A stretch of 64,000 bases of DNA from Desulfobulbaceae bacterium (GCA_027859235.1 JAQIBE010000263.1:3568-67567), one strand, 5' to 3'. Counted from the stretch's first letter, positions 9,440 to 20,639 are shown. Notes: a model not told the origin generated them from the letters alone. Program-made: numbers and translations.

Positions 9440-10986
9440 GTATATTTTCTGGCGATGGTCTGCACACCCAGCTGCTGCATTTTGAGGAGGGTTTCCGGTT
9501 TTTTTCTGTACACGTCAAGTCCCTGTTTGATGGCCTGGACAAGGGCCTTGGCCGTATGTTCCTTATAGCCAAATCCTGTCTTGGCGTGCTGTACCTTTAC
9601 CAGACCTCCCACCTGGTGGACAATGGGCAGGTTGCCGTACAGCTGGGCCATGAAGTCCGTGAGGCCGCAGGGCTCAAATTGGGAGGGGATGATGAAGAAA
9701 TCGCCAGCGGCATAGATTTGACTGGCAAGGACAGGGTCATAGCCCTGGAGTATACATACCCGTCCTGCATATTTACTCTCCCTGGTGAGGCTGATGAGCC
9801 CCTGGGCAATTTGCGGATCGCCGGAGCCGAGGATGAGAACCTGCACCTCTTTGTCCACTGGCAGGAGCTGATGTAATGCCTGGGCCAGCTTGTCCATGCC
9901 TTTCTGGCTGCTGAAGCGGCCAATGGAGGTGAGCAGAGGGATGTCTTGTACCTGTTTGAGACTGCCGTGCTGGATAACGGTGGACAGGCTTTTTTTCTGT
10001 AATGTTTTAACCAGATCTTGCCTGCACAACTCTTTACCCTTTAATTCCCCCTTTTTGACGGAATAGGGAGCAGCAAGGTTCAGCTCTGCTGCTGATTCAG
10101 TATTAAAATCACCGGGGTTTATACCATTGGTGATCCCCTGGATTTTAATGTTGCGGCTCATGAGAAAATGGCCGAGCCAGCCCGTGAGTTCATCAGCATT
10201 TGTTTCCCGCAGTTCCCGGGCGTAGTTCTCGCTGACGGTATTGAGGATGGAATGGGCTGATGCGGCAATGAACGGGTCGAATTTGCCGTCCAGGAGATTT
10301 TTATTAACGAAACTGCGCGGCAGCCCTGTAATGGCGTGGGCAAAGGGCAGATCCGCAATTTCCTGATGGTAGCCGATTCCGGCATTGTGAATGGTGGTGA
10401 GGAAGCCGGTGCGTTTGAAGAAATGGCGGAAGCCGTCAATCTCACGGGCCATGGCCGGAACGAGTGCTGTATGCCCATCATGGCAGTGGATAATGTCGGG
10501 TCGGTCGTTACGGTAAATAAGGGCGCAGAGTCCCCCCTTCTGCAAGAGGACATTCATGGCAAAATAGTCATAATGCCCCTGGCCTGCCCTGTTGAACGGG
10601 TTGATCTTTTCCTCATCCCTGGTGTAGGTATACACGCCCATTTTTTCTTTGAAGCGTGGGGAGTCCAGCAGGAAAATCGTTACAGGACCACGATCTTTCG
10701 CCTGGGTTGTTTTGCCCCAAAGCGTAATGGCTTCAGTGCGCTCGCTGTCGGTGTAATTCATGGCCACGGGGAAAGAACCGCGGTTGCTGAAGCCGAGGGT
10801 TTTCGGGTCAATGAACCCGTAGCACGGCATGATCACTGAAACCTTCATGGCTGTGGCTGTTTTCTGTGGGACATTACCCAGGGCTTCAGCCAGTTGCCGA
10901 CAGACATCCTTGACGCCCCCGGCACCGGCGAGACCATCATACTCCCGGGTGATAAAACAGACGTTTTTTAACTGTTTCTTTGCCAT
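9379..10986 (-). CDS. glgA: Glycogen/starch synthase (ADP-glucose type glycosyltransferase)
   Basis: 535 aa; AGAGGVKDVCRQLAEAL, IIHCHDGHTALVPA, LLTSIGRFSSQKGMDKLAQ, PSQFEPCGLTDFMAQLYGNLPIVHQVGGL. Confidence 0.9.
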   Translation of the reverse strand: MAKKQLKNVCFITREYDGLAGAGGVKDVCRQLAEALGNVPQKTATAMKVSVIMPCYGFIDPKTLGFSNRGSFPVAMNYTDSERTEAITLWGKTTQAKDRGPVTIFLLDSPRFKEKMGVYTYTRDEEKINPFNRAGQGHYDYFAMNVLLQKGGLCALIYRNDRPDIIHCHDGHTALVPAMAREIDGFRHFFKRTGFLTTIHNAGIGYHQEIADLPFAHAITGLPRSFVNKNLLDGKFDPFIAASAHSILNTVSENYARELRETNADELTGWLGHFLMSRNIKIQGITNGINPGDFNTESAAELNLAAPYSVKKGELKGKELCRQDLVKTLQKKSLSTVIQHGSLKQVQDIPLLTSIGRFSSQKGMDKLAQALHQLLPVDKEVQVLILGSGDPQIAQGLISLTRESKYAGRVCILQGYDPVLASQIYAAGDFFIIPSQFEPCGLTDFMAQLYGNLPIVHQVGGLVKVQHAKTGFGYKEHTAKALVQAIKQGLDVYRKKPETLLKMQQLGVQTIARKYTWSKVKDQYIKLYREAWCRE

Positions 10987-11020
10987 TTCCCTCTACCTCT
11001 GTTGTCTACGGATACTCTTC

Positions 11021-12100
11021 TCAGTCCTCAAATCCATCATCCTGAAACAGCTCTTCAGCCTGTTGACGCATGAGATGATCGGCCAGGGTTAGGCACACCA
11101 TGGCTTCACAGACAGGATTGATGCGTGGAATGGCAGCAATGTCATGGCGGCCGCCAATGCGGATTTCAGTGATTTCGTTATCCATATTCACGGTTTGCTG
11201 GGGCTTGTTGATCGACGGGATAGGTTTCACTGCAACCCGCGCAACAATGGGATCACCATTGGAGATCCCGGCCAGAATTCCCCCGGCATTATTGGATGCA
11301 AATCCATCAGGAGTCAGGGAGTCATTGTTTTCAGAACCCCGTGCTGTGGCAGCGGCAAAACCTGAGCCGATTTCCACACCCTTGACCGCGCCAATGGATA
11401 TGAGCGCCCCGGCCAGGTCCGCATCAAGCTTGTTGAATACAGGCTCGCCAAGGCCGGCAGGGCAGCCTGTGGCCATGATCTCAACGATACCGCCAAGGGT
11501 GTCGCCTTCTTTACGCACCTCTTTAATGAGTTTTTCCATCTTCTCAGCCGCCTTGTTGTCAGGACAGCATAACCGGTTTTCATCCAGGGCCTCCATGGAG
11601 AATTGCTCTGCCATGATATTGCCGAGGGCCAGGGTGTAGGCAAACACTTTGATGCCGGAGAATTGCAGGAATTTACGGGCAACAGCGCCAGCCGCAACCC
11701 GCGCCGCTGTCTCCCGCGCTGAGGCGCGGCCTCCTCCGCGATGGTCACGAATGCCATACTTGCAGAAATAGGAAAAATCACCGTGCCCAGGGCGAAAGAT
11801 ATTCTCCAGGTCGGTATAGGATTTTGAATGGGCGTCCTTATTATAGATCACCAGGGTAATGGGTGTGCCTGTAGTGAAATCATTGAAAATACCCGAAAGG
11901 ATCTCCACCTTGTCCGGCTCTTTGCGGGGGCTGGTTGCCCCGCCTTTACCAGGCCTCCTCCGGTCCAGGTCAACCTGAATATCCTCAGCTGTGATGGGAA
12001 TGCCTGCCGGACAACCATCAATGGTGGCACCAATAGCGGTTCCATGGGACTCACCCCACGTGGTTACTCTGAAAACTTGTCCGAATGTATTTCCTGCCAT
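11021..12100 (-). CDS. aroC: Chorismate synthase
   Basis: 359 aa; MAGNTFGQVFRVTTWGESHGTAIGATIDGCPAG, GRASARETAARVAAGAVARK; ends in TGA. Confidence 0.97.
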   Translation of the reverse strand: MAGNTFGQVFRVTTWGESHGTAIGATIDGCPAGIPITAEDIQVDLDRRRPGKGGATSPRKEPDKVEILSGIFNDFTTGTPITLVIYNKDAHSKSYTDLENIFRPGHGDFSYFCKYGIRDHRGGGRASARETAARVAAGAVARKFLQFSGIKVFAYTLALGNIMAEQFSMEALDENRLCCPDNKAAEKMEKLIKEVRKEGDTLGGIVEIMATGCPAGLGEPVFNKLDADLAGALISIGAVKGVEIGSGFAAATARGSENNDSLTPDGFASNNAGGILAGISNGDPIVARVAVKPIPSINKPQQTVNMDNEITEIRIGGRHDIAAIPRINPVCEAMVCLTLADHLMRQQAEELFQDDGFED

Positions 12101-12167
12101 GGTGTATTCCTTATAAATAGGGGCTGCTTGGGTTATGGGTGCTCAGATGCGCAATTATTCTCATGGT

Positions 12168-12695
12168 CTACGTCTTTAAATATTTCATCACCTGGGTGAT
12201 AATATCCTCCGCCGCGTCGGTGGCGTCAAGGGTCAGATGACTACTTGTCTCATAAAGCGGGGTGCGTTCCCTCAGGACCGGTGATACTTCCTGCTGGATG
12301 TCCTCTCCTGTAAGGGATGGCCGTTGGCTGTCTGAAACGGCATCATTGGCCAGCCGCCGGCAAATGGTCTGGATATCCGCCTTGAGCCAGATCACCAGGC
12401 CGCTTTGTTTTAGCGATGGCCAGATATCCTGGTGGAGGATGGCCCCTCCGCCCGTGGCAATGACATGATTTTTCTGGTCGGCCAGTTCAACAAGCATCTC
12501 TTTTTCCCGCTGTCTGAAATAATCCCAGCCATGCTGTTGTACCATGTCAGCAATGCATCGGCCTTCCTGCTGTTCAATGGCCTGGTCGACATCAACGAAA
12601 GAAAACCCCAAGCGGTCAGCAAGGAGGCGGCCGACAGTGGTCTTGCCTGTGGCACGGTAGCCGATAAGGATAATATTGACAGGGTTTGTTGCCAT
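12168..12695 (-). CDS. aroK: Shikimate kinase
   Basis: 175 aa; NIILIGYRATGKTTVGRLLADRLG Walker A, FVDVDQAIE. Confidence 0.93.
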   Translation of the reverse strand: MATNPVNIILIGYRATGKTTVGRLLADRLGFSFVDVDQAIEQQEGRCIADMVQQHGWDYFRQREKEMLVELADQKNHVIATGGGAILHQDIWPSLKQSGLVIWLKADIQTICRRLANDAVSDSQRPSLTGEDIQQEVSPVLRERTPLYETSSHLTLDATDAAEDIITQVMKYLKT

Positions 12696-12964
12696 GGTCT
12701 TAGTTCGCGGGGTAAAGGTTTCTCAAATGTTTCTATCATAAAAACAGGTTGGCTCAAAGAAAGGAATTGTTTTCACACGGATTCCCGGAGATCTCATTGT
12801 TTTTGGTGTGAAAAAAAGGTGATGCGTTTGCTGCTGCGATTAATATGATCCATATTTGATATGTACACGATCTGATCGTTTGGTGTATGGTTAATCGTGC
12901 TGTTTATGTGGTTAGGCTGTCCTGTTTTAGAATACCTTGTGTTTTTATTCAATAAGTGAGTTTC

Positions 12965-14782
12965 ATGATGCAAAATACCGCGGGTTTCCGCCAGGCAATA
13001 TCCTTTGACGATCTCTTAAAAGACAATGAGCATATCGTTATTGTTGATGATGATAATATGATTCGGGAACCGTTGGCCGAGTATTTGGAGGAGAGTGGTT
13101 TTCCTGTGCTCGAGGCAAGAAATGCGCATGAATTACGTCAGGTTATGGTGCGGGAAAGTGTTGGCCTGATTCTCCTGGACATTGGTCTTCCCGATGAGGA
13201 TGGCGCCTCGCTTATCCCTGAACTTCTCGTGGGCCATCCTGGTACGGCTATAATTATGTTGTCCGGGGTGGCAGATCTCCATGTTGCCATTGATTGTATT
13301 CGTAGCGGGGCAGACGATTATCTCGCGAAGCCTGTTAAGTTCAATGAAATTCTGATTATTGTCAAAAAGGTTCTTGAGAAACGCCGCCTTGTCTTTGATA
13401 ACCAAAAATATCAGGCGGATTTGGAACAGGCTAATTTCCGTTTTGAATTACTCCATCAACTTTCCTTAAAGATTAACTCGGTACATCTGACGACCTCAGA
13501 GCTGGATAAGGTTCTGTATGCTATTTTAGTGGGGATAACCGCCAATGAGGGGTTGCGCTTTAACCGCGCCTTTTTAGCGCTTTTTGACGGGAATAATGTC
13601 TTGACCGGGCGTTTGGCTATTGGTCCATCCTGTCGGGAAGAAGCCGCGGATATCTGGGCGGAATTACAAGGAACCGAGTTGAATTTCCTGGATATGGTTG
13701 ACTCCATGCATGGCTGTATGGACCGGGATACAACGGTGCGGTCCATTGTTGAGCAATTATCTATCCCCGCAGAGGATACGGGTCATGTTTTGGTGCGGTC
13801 GGCGCTGGAGCATAAGAGTTATCTTGTTCAGGACGGGCAGTGTGAGGTGGATGTCCCCCCAGAGTTGGTGACGCTCCTGGGTGAGAGAGACTTTGTTATT
13901 GTGCCGTTATTCTCAGCCAAGCGACCTCTCGGGGTTATTATTGCGGATAATTATGTCATGCATAATCCGATTTCAGCCGCTGATGTTCTCATGCTGGAGC
14001 TTTTCGGTAGTCAGGTGAGTCTGGCTCTTGAGCATAGCCAGTTGCATCATGATATGCAGTCCAAGATTTCTGAGTTACAAGAGGTCACCCATGAGTTGGA
14101 GCACAATAAAGATCTCCTTGTTGAGGCTGAGCGTTATTCCGCCTTGGGCCAGATGGCAGCGCAGATGGTGCATGTCCTGCGTAACCCTATCACCTCCATC
14201 GGCGGCGTGTGCCGGATTCTGGCGAAGAAGATTAATGGCGAAAATTGGGGACGTTATCTCGATGTCATGATCAAAGAAACAGCGCGACTTGAGGGAACAC
14301 TGAGTGATCTGGTCGATTTTGTCAGCCAGGTTGAGCCTGAAAAGACAGTGGCTCCCCTCTACCCTGTTTTGCAGAAGACATTAATGTTGGTGCAGCCCAC
14401 CATGCTGAAACAGGATGTGAAATGGGAGATTGACCTGGACGGGGATGATCCCGAGGTGGATATGGATGTCCGCCAGGTGCGCCAGATGTTTTTACATATT
14501 GTTCGTAATGGCTTGGAGGCCATGGAGGAACATGGCGGTGTTCTCAGAGTGGTTGGGCGAGTTCAAGGTGACAAGGTGGTTGTCGCCATTAAAGATACCG
14601 GGATTGGCATGGCTGAAGTCAATATTGCCAGGGCCAAAGATGCTTTTTTCACCACTAAAACCTATGGCAGCGGTATGGGGCTTGCCATGGTGGAACGCAT
14701 TGTTGAGAGTCATGGCGGTGAATTTAACTTGAAGCGTCATGATCAGGGTATGGAGGCGGTGGTGACGTTGCCTATTGCCTAA
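12965..14782 (+). CDS. Response regulator receiver / GAF / histidine kinase hybrid protein
   Basis: About 608 aa; HIVIVDDDNMIREPLAEYLEESGF receiver domain, ALGQMAAQMVHVLRNPITSIGGV H-box, VVVAIKDTGIGM and GSGMGLAMVERIVESHGG ATPase boxes. Confidence 0.92.
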   Translation: MMQNTAGFRQAISFDDLLKDNEHIVIVDDDNMIREPLAEYLEESGFPVLEARNAHELRQVMVRESVGLILLDIGLPDEDGASLIPELLVGHPGTAIIMLSGVADLHVAIDCIRSGADDYLAKPVKFNEILIIVKKVLEKRRLVFDNQKYQADLEQANFRFELLHQLSLKINSVHLTTSELDKVLYAILVGITANEGLRFNRAFLALFDGNNVLTGRLAIGPSCREEAADIWAELQGTELNFLDMVDSMHGCMDRDTTVRSIVEQLSIPAEDTGHVLVRSALEHKSYLVQDGQCEVDVPPELVTLLGERDFVIVPLFSAKRPLGVIIADNYVMHNPISAADVLMLELFGSQVSLALEHSQLHHDMQSKISELQEVTHELEHNKDLLVEAERYSALGQMAAQMVHVLRNPITSIGGVCRILAKKINGENWGRYLDVMIKETARLEGTLSDLVDFVSQVEPEKTVAPLYPVLQKTLMLVQPTMLKQDVKWEIDLDGDDPEVDMDVRQVRQMFLHIVRNGLEAMEEHGGVLRVVGRVQGDKVVVAIKDTGIGMAEVNIARAKDAFFTTKTYGSGMGLAMVERIVESHGGEFNLKRHDQGMEAVVTLPIA

Positions 14783-14901
14783 CTCTGAGTTGTAAATGGT
14801 GACCAGTTTTCAGCACAGCTCTTTACGCATTCTCTGTTGTTTGTCCGCATACCCGTATTCCTCTGTTCCTCCCTCCCCCGGGGCTATGCATATTGATTTG
14901 C

Positions 14902-16353
14902 TCACCGCTTCTCAGACCCCGTAAATGCTGAGAGAATAACAGCGGCAGCGCCAATTCCCAGAAAGCAGTAATACGAAAACCGCAGGCTCATTATGAAGGC
15001 GCCGGCCTGCTGATCGGTGTAGTGCTTCATGTCCAGTCCTCCGCTGAAATGCGAGAAAAACAGTGAAAAGGCGAAGCTTGCAAGGGAAATTCCGGCAAGC
15101 ATGCCAAGGGTACGCCCGGTGGACAGAATGGCTGAGACCGTACCTGTGTGTCTGCTTGCAGTTTGCCGCAGAACCATAGTGGAGTTTGGCGAGATAAACA
15201 GGGCCAACCCAACGCCGAAAAATGTTAGACGCAGGGCAACCATAATGGGGGGTGTGTCCACGGATAAGGTGGTGAAGGAAAATAGTCCTGCGGCACAAAG
15301 GCTAAGGCCGCAGGTTGCCACAAGCCTGGCGTCTGTTTTATCGGCAAGCCATCCGGCAATTGGTGCCGTGATGAGGGCTGTGATGGGGATGGCCAGCATC
15401 ACCATGCCGATCTTTGAACTTGAGATATGCAGTACCATGCTCAGATAAAACGGGGTGAGGATGAGGACTGAAAAGAGGCAGAGAAAGGCCATGGCCAAAG
15501 TGATTGAGCCAATGAGGAGGGATCTCTGCTGAAAGAGTTTTGTTGGGATGAGCGGCAATGTGGAGGTGGAATTGCCATTGAAGGACAGGCTGGACTCGCG
15601 GCGGATAAAGAGAATCAGCGCCACGCAGCTCAGCAGGGTTCCGAGAACTAAAAGTTTTGGTTGTATGTCTTGGTGGGTTGCATGGCTCAGGGTATAGGTT
15701 GATGAGGTGAGCAGTATGGTCCACCATACCCCCCCCAGCCAGTCAAAAGGCTGGCTGGGGGGGGGCGGGGCAGAACGGGTGAGTGTCTTCAGGGAAATTA
15801 AAGCCGCCACGGTGCAGATCGGTACCGGCAGTAGAAACAACGTCTGCCATGAGTGATACTCAATGATGAAACCGCCCACTGCTGGCCCAACCATGAGGCC
15901 TAGTGCTGTGGCAATGCCCATTAATCCAAGGGATCGGCCAAGTTCTGCCGATCCAAAGGCCGATTTGATCATGGCTGGGCCGTTGGCCATGAGCATGGCG
16001 GCGCCTAAACCCTGAAAGAATCGACAACCCACCAGAAAGTCAAGGCTGGTTGCTCTGGAGCAGAAAAATGAGCCGGTTCCAAAGATGAAGAGCCCTGCCG
16101 TATAGAGGTTCTCCCGGCCAAAGCGCTGGGCCAGGTGTCCCCAGAAGAGCATGGTCACCGAGGTGGTGAGGAGGTACATCAGCACCACCCAGCCTGTTTG
16201 TCCCAGGCTGGAATTGAAATCATCCATGATATAGGGCAGACTGATATTTACCATGGAGCTGTCCATGGTGGAAAAAAAGACACCTGCCGAAACAAGGAAG
16301 AAAACCAGCCACTTGTTCGGTTGGTGTATGACTTTTCCTGTTTCTTGACCCAT
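14902..16353 (-). CDS. MFS transporter, DHA2-like drug efflux family
   Basis: 483 aa, 14 TM-like; FFSTMDSSMVNISLPYIMDDFNSSLGQTGWVVLMYLL, GRENLYTAGLFIFG. Confidence 0.9.
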   Translation of the reverse strand: MGQETGKVIHQPNKWLVFFLVSAGVFFSTMDSSMVNISLPYIMDDFNSSLGQTGWVVLMYLLTTSVTMLFWGHLAQRFGRENLYTAGLFIFGTGSFFCSRATSLDFLVGCRFFQGLGAAMLMANGPAMIKSAFGSAELGRSLGLMGIATALGLMVGPAVGGFIIEYHSWQTLFLLPVPICTVAALISLKTLTRSAPPPPSQPFDWLGGVWWTILLTSSTYTLSHATHQDIQPKLLVLGTLLSCVALILFIRRESSLSFNGNSTSTLPLIPTKLFQQRSLLIGSITLAMAFLCLFSVLILTPFYLSMVLHISSSKIGMVMLAIPITALITAPIAGWLADKTDARLVATCGLSLCAAGLFSFTTLSVDTPPIMVALRLTFFGVGLALFISPNSTMVLRQTASRHTGTVSAILSTGRTLGMLAGISLASFAFSLFFSHFSGGLDMKHYTDQQAGAFIMSLRFSYYCFLGIGAAAVILSAFTGSEKR

Positions 16354-16554
16354 GATTTTTTTTATTCGTCTTTTCTTTGTGGAATTTATTCAGTAAAGAT
16401 ACATCTATACATGCATACGGTAACGATTCCGCACGAGCCGCCGTGTTCCCGGCGCTTTACTCTGTCTGGGATATATTAGACGCCAGTACGAATTTGCATA
16501 TTACATAACTACATAAGATACTTTTTAAATTTTTAACATACATAGGTAAAAACA

Positions 16555-17055
16555 ATGAGAAAAAAATTACCCGTTACACTCGTCAGCATATTGGTTGTGG
16601 TTTGTTATTTATTGATAGGGGGGCAATCCCTCTATGCTGCAACGCCTATGCCCCATTTCAGCCTGTCTGATGCTGAAAGCGGAAAACCGGTGGATTCAGA
16701 CTCTTTTTCTGGGAAGGCTAAGCTGGTTGTCTTTTTTGCGACATGGTGCCCGCCCTGTATGGAGGAGGTGCCCATCTTAAAGCAACTTCAGAAGGAGTAT
16801 GGGCAGGATGACTTTACGGTTGTTGGTTTGTCGGTGGACCAGCAAGTGGGAGATGTGCAGCGGTTTATTAAGCGAATCGAGGTGAATTACCCGGTGCTGA
16901 TGGCCGACCGGCAAGTCATAAAAGGTTTTGGCGGGATTCCTGGTGTACCGGTGACCTTTTTGGTGAGCAAAGAGGGCAATGTATTACGGACCTATCCCGG
17001 TCTGGTTCCTCACAAGCTTCTGGAACGGGAAGTGAAGAAAATGCTCGAGAAATAA
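16555..17055 (+). CDS. TlpA-family thioredoxin-like protein
   Basis: 166 aa; signal-like N-terminus, FFATWCPPCMEEVPILKQLQKEYG. Confidence 0.9.
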   Translation: MRKKLPVTLVSILVVVCYLLIGGQSLYAATPMPHFSLSDAESGKPVDSDSFSGKAKLVVFFATWCPPCMEEVPILKQLQKEYGQDDFTVVGLSVDQQVGDVQRFIKRIEVNYPVLMADRQVIKGFGGIPGVPVTFLVSKEGNVLRTYPGLVPHKLLEREVKKMLEK

Positions 17056-17214
17056 GGGCGATAGGCGTTCACACTTAGGTGTGAATGGTCATTCATTTTC
17101 TGATTGACAACCGTTTTTTGATCAGGTAGTGATTGTTCTATTCAATATTAATGCATTGTTTTTGGCCTTGAATAAGTCAGGGCAAAAGAAAATCTGAGAG
17201 AAAGGAGATTTAGA

Positions 17215-17421
17215 ATGAAAAAAGTATTAGCTGTAGCAATGGCAATGGCCCTCACCGCATCTGTAGCTTCTGTAAGCATGGCTTCTCGTTATGTAAAGTG
17301 TACCGTTACATCGGTAGAGGACAGCATTGTAACTATGGATTGTAAAAAAGCGGATAAGCTTTCTGCTGGTCAAGATGTAAAAGTTAAAGCTGCGAAGAGA
17401 AGAGCTATCGAAGGTTGCTAA
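17215..17421 (+). CDS. Small secreted hypothetical protein
   Basis: 68 aa; signal peptide MKKVLAVAMAMALTASVASVSMA, good AGAAAGGAG RBS upstream. Confidence 0.65.
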   Translation: MKKVLAVAMAMALTASVASVSMASRYVKCTVTSVEDSIVTMDCKKADKLSAGQDVKVKAAKRRAIEGC

Positions 17422-17824
17422 GCTTTTTTTTCGGAAGGCTCGTTTAGCTTTTTAAAGTCATCTGTCCTGATTGGGCAGGTGACTTTTTTTGTTTAGGGCC
17501 GGTTCTTTTTTTAGAGAAAGGCAGCGCACAGGGACTTCGCTTAAAGATTCATGCTGGAGATCACCAACGCTTTCGGTCTGAGCTATGCTGTTCAGCTCTG
17601 GTGCCCATGAGCTCCAGTCTTGTAAATTGTCCCCTCCAGGTAAAAAAAACGTGCATGGGCTGACGGATTGAGCGTCGGGAAAAGAGGTGGGACCGGCACC
17701 GGAACACAGCTCAAGGTCCCCCTGTTGCGGTGAAGTTGACAATAGATACGATGTCTACTACAAACAATAACTTAGGAATAGACAACCTGGCAGGACATGA
17801 GGCCAATGACGTGGAGAGTGATGA

Positions 17825-19117
17825 GTGAAGCATAAACCCTCAGCGATAAATATAATCTGGTTGGGAATGGTTTTGATAGCCACGGTTGTGGCGTCCTATA
17901 CCGGCACCATGGATGCGGTGACCAAGGCGTCGTTTGATTCAGCCAAGGCGGGTGTCGTCCTGGCCATCGGCCTCATCGGTCCCATGGCCCTTTGGCTCGG
18001 CGTGATGAAGGTGGCGGAGGCGGGAGGGATGATGCGTATTGTGGCCCGGGGCGTTCGCCCGGTGATGGTCCGCCTATTTCCTGAAATACCTCCTGAACAC
18101 CCGGCCATGTCAGCCATTGTGATGAATATGGCGGCGAATGCCCTCGGCCTTGGCAATGCGGCGACGCCAATGGGGATCAAGGCCATGCAGGAGTTGGAAA
18201 AGCTTGCGCCTAAAAAGGGTACCGCGACGAATTCCATGTGTTTGTTCCTGGCGATCAATACCTCCTCGGTGACCATCCTGCCGTTGGGGGTGATTACGGT
18301 AAGGGCCGCGGCCGGGGCGACGTCGCCAGCCGCGATTCTGATTCCGGCCTTCGCGGCCACCTGTTGTTCCACTGTTGTGGCCATTACCATGTCAAAAATA
18401 TTATCACGCCGCAACGAACAACTCTCGGTCGGTCAGCTCGACCAAACTGCAGAGGTTGCGGCCCCGACGGAACCGGTCGAGCTCTGTCCGCCCGGAATCT
18501 GGGGCAGGGGGTTTGTCTGGCTCTGTGTGCTGGCCTTTGTCGGGGGGATCGGTTTCCAGGTAAGTCAGCAGAGTCCCGCTTCTCTTTTTGTGCCGGCTAA
18601 CCTGAATATTATTTCCAATTGGTTGGTGCCGGTTTTACTCTCCTTTCTCCTTATCTTTGGCTATCTCCGCGGGGTTAAGGTGTATGAAACGCTGACGGAA
18701 GGCGCCAAAGAAGGTTTTGCCACGGCCATCCGTATTATCCCCTTCATGGTGGCTATATTTGTGGCCATTGGCATGTTCAGGGCCAGTGGCGCCATGGACC
18801 TCCTCATCCATGTCTTCTCACCCCTGACCAGTCTCATCCATATGCCGGCTGAGGCTTTATCCATGGCCTTTATGCGGCCATTATCCGGGAGCGGTGCCTT
18901 CGGGGTCATGAGTGAGATTGTCAGCCAGGACCCGGACTCCTTTCTCTCGTTTCTCGTGTCCACCATGCAGGGGTCAACTGAAACAACATTTTATGTCCTC
19001 GCCGTCTATTTCGGCAGTGTCGGGATTAGGCGAACCCGTCATGCCCTGCCGGCCGCCCTCTGTGCCGATGCAACCGGGATTCTGGCTGCGGTTTTGATTT
19101 GCAACCTCTGGTGGTAG
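17825..19117 (+). CDS. Nucleoside recognition / spore maturation (SpmA/B-like) membrane protein
   Basis: 430 aa; GPMALWLGVMKVAEAGGMMRIVARGVRPVMVRLFPEIP...NMAANALGLGNAATPMGIKAM; FYVLAVYFGSVGI. Confidence 0.85.
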   Translation: MKHKPSAINIIWLGMVLIATVVASYTGTMDAVTKASFDSAKAGVVLAIGLIGPMALWLGVMKVAEAGGMMRIVARGVRPVMVRLFPEIPPEHPAMSAIVMNMAANALGLGNAATPMGIKAMQELEKLAPKKGTATNSMCLFLAINTSSVTILPLGVITVRAAAGATSPAAILIPAFAATCCSTVVAITMSKILSRRNEQLSVGQLDQTAEVAAPTEPVELCPPGIWGRGFVWLCVLAFVGGIGFQVSQQSPASLFVPANLNIISNWLVPVLLSFLLIFGYLRGVKVYETLTEGAKEGFATAIRIIPFMVAIFVAIGMFRASGAMDLLIHVFSPLTSLIHMPAEALSMAFMRPLSGSGAFGVMSEIVSQDPDSFLSFLVSTMQGSTETTFYVLAVYFGSVGIRRTRHALPAALCADATGILAAVLICNLWW

Positions 19118-19132
19118 CGAGGTGTTTGGTGT

Positions 19133-19666
19133 TTAGCGGGATGACGGTGTTGAGCCCTTTTTTTTGGCAACTCTCCGTTTCCTCTCCAGCCAACGCCGGA
19201 TGATATGCAACCGCCAGAGAATCCGTGTGGCAATAATGCAACCGATTCCCCCGCATAACCCGATGATGAAGCAGCCGAGGAAGAGGGCTGGGTAATGATT
19301 CATAAACCATTCGACATTGAGTCTGGCTGGCGGAATATTTTGTTGTCCCAGGATGAATGCCCCCAGCTTATAGGCAGGGTAATAGAGGGCGACCCAGGTT
19401 AAGGGATTTGAAATCCAGACGATCATGATGGCGGCCGGCAGGTTAAAGCGAAAGCAGATGGCCAGTATGGCGGCAACCGCCATCTGCATGGGGATGGGCA
19501 GATAGCCGATGAAAAAACCGCAGCCGAGGCCGATGGAAATGGTGTTTTTGTTGAGGTACCAGATATGCGGGTCAAAGAGGCGACTACCAAATAGTTTACG
19601 TAAAAAAAGGTTTTCCCTGAGGACTGTTCTTTGGGGTAGAAGTTTTTTGAGTCTTTTTTTAGGCAT
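19133..19666 (-). CDS. DUF2062 family membrane protein
   Basis: 177 aa; GLGCGFFIGYLPIPMQMAVAAILAICFRFNLPAAIMIVWISNPLTWVALYYPAYKLG. Confidence 0.85.
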   Translation of the reverse strand: MPKKRLKKLLPQRTVLRENLFLRKLFGSRLFDPHIWYLNKNTISIGLGCGFFIGYLPIPMQMAVAAILAICFRFNLPAAIMIVWISNPLTWVALYYPAYKLGAFILGQQNIPPARLNVEWFMNHYPALFLGCFIIGLCGGIGCIIATRILWRLHIIRRWLERKRRVAKKKGSTPSSR

Positions 19667-19863
19667 GGATGAAATAGGTGTCGGCAGAAGTTTGTTAAGA
19701 TAAAAAACTATAGCACACCTGGCCTAGTTACTCTGTATAATCTATTGAGATAGAATATCGATCAGGATAGTCTGTCATTTTCCCCGGTTCCATCTTGCTG
19801 TTACTCGCCTGAAGGGGGGGGGGTAACCTTGAACAGGAACAATAAATTAAGGTTGGAGGGTAT

Positions 19864-20466
19864 ATGGAAACCGAAGAGGCCATTACAAGCAGAAGAGCAG
19901 TAAAGCATTATGATCCGGAGTATACCATGGGCGAGGAGGAGAAACAGCTGTTGCTTGAGCTGGCCATGCATTCCCCCACCGCCTTTAATATTCAGAACTG
20001 GCGGTTTCTCGTGGTGGATGAGCCAAAACAGCGGCAACGGCTCTGCGAAGCGGCCGGGGGGCAGCAGCAGGTCCTGGATGCGTCAATGCTCATTGTCCTC
20101 TGTGCGGATCTGCAGGCATGGCAGAAGCAGCCTGAGCGCTATTGGCATAGTGCACCGCAAAAGGTGCAGGACTTTGTCCTGCCGGCCATACATGATTATT
20201 ATGCCGGTAAAGAGCAAACCATGCGGGATGAGGCCATGCGTTCCTGCGGCATTGCCGCCCAGACCCTGATGCTTGCCGCCACCTCCATGGGGTATGAGTC
20301 CTGTCCCATGGACGGTTTTTACTTTGACGAAGTGGCGCGGATTATAAATCTCCCTGCGGATCATATTGTGACGATGTTTGTGGTGATCGGCAAAGGGATA
20401 AAGGAACCGTGGGAACGTCCGGGGCAGCTGCCCCGGGAGGATGTTGTGGTGCAGGATAGGTTTTAG
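19864..20466 (+). CDS. Nitroreductase family protein
   Basis: 200 aa; AITSRRAVKHYDPEYTMGEEE, HSPTAFNIQNWRFLVV. Confidence 0.9.
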   Translation: METEEAITSRRAVKHYDPEYTMGEEEKQLLLELAMHSPTAFNIQNWRFLVVDEPKQRQRLCEAAGGQQQVLDASMLIVLCADLQAWQKQPERYWHSAPQKVQDFVLPAIHDYYAGKEQTMRDEAMRSCGIAAQTLMLAATSMGYESCPMDGFYFDEVARIINLPADHIVTMFVVIGKGIKEPWERPGQLPREDVVVQDRF

Positions 20467-20639
20467 GGACGATTTCTTACCCCTTACTGGTCAAATTCTG
20501 AACAAAATGTCCTCGTGCGGTTGAAAAAGCAGGGTCAAGAACTTGGTGGGGAAGAAAACCCTTTTCCTCATGGGTGGATTACGTTACCTTTGCCCCCCCA
20601 TTTAAAAAAAACCGGGCAATTTTTCAAAGGAAGAGGATT

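Noticed and set aside
9418-9876. 152-aa plus-strand ORF opposite glgA (and similar shadows at 7872..8498, 11100..11639, 21366..22046)
   Set aside because: Antisense shadows of clearly identified genes.
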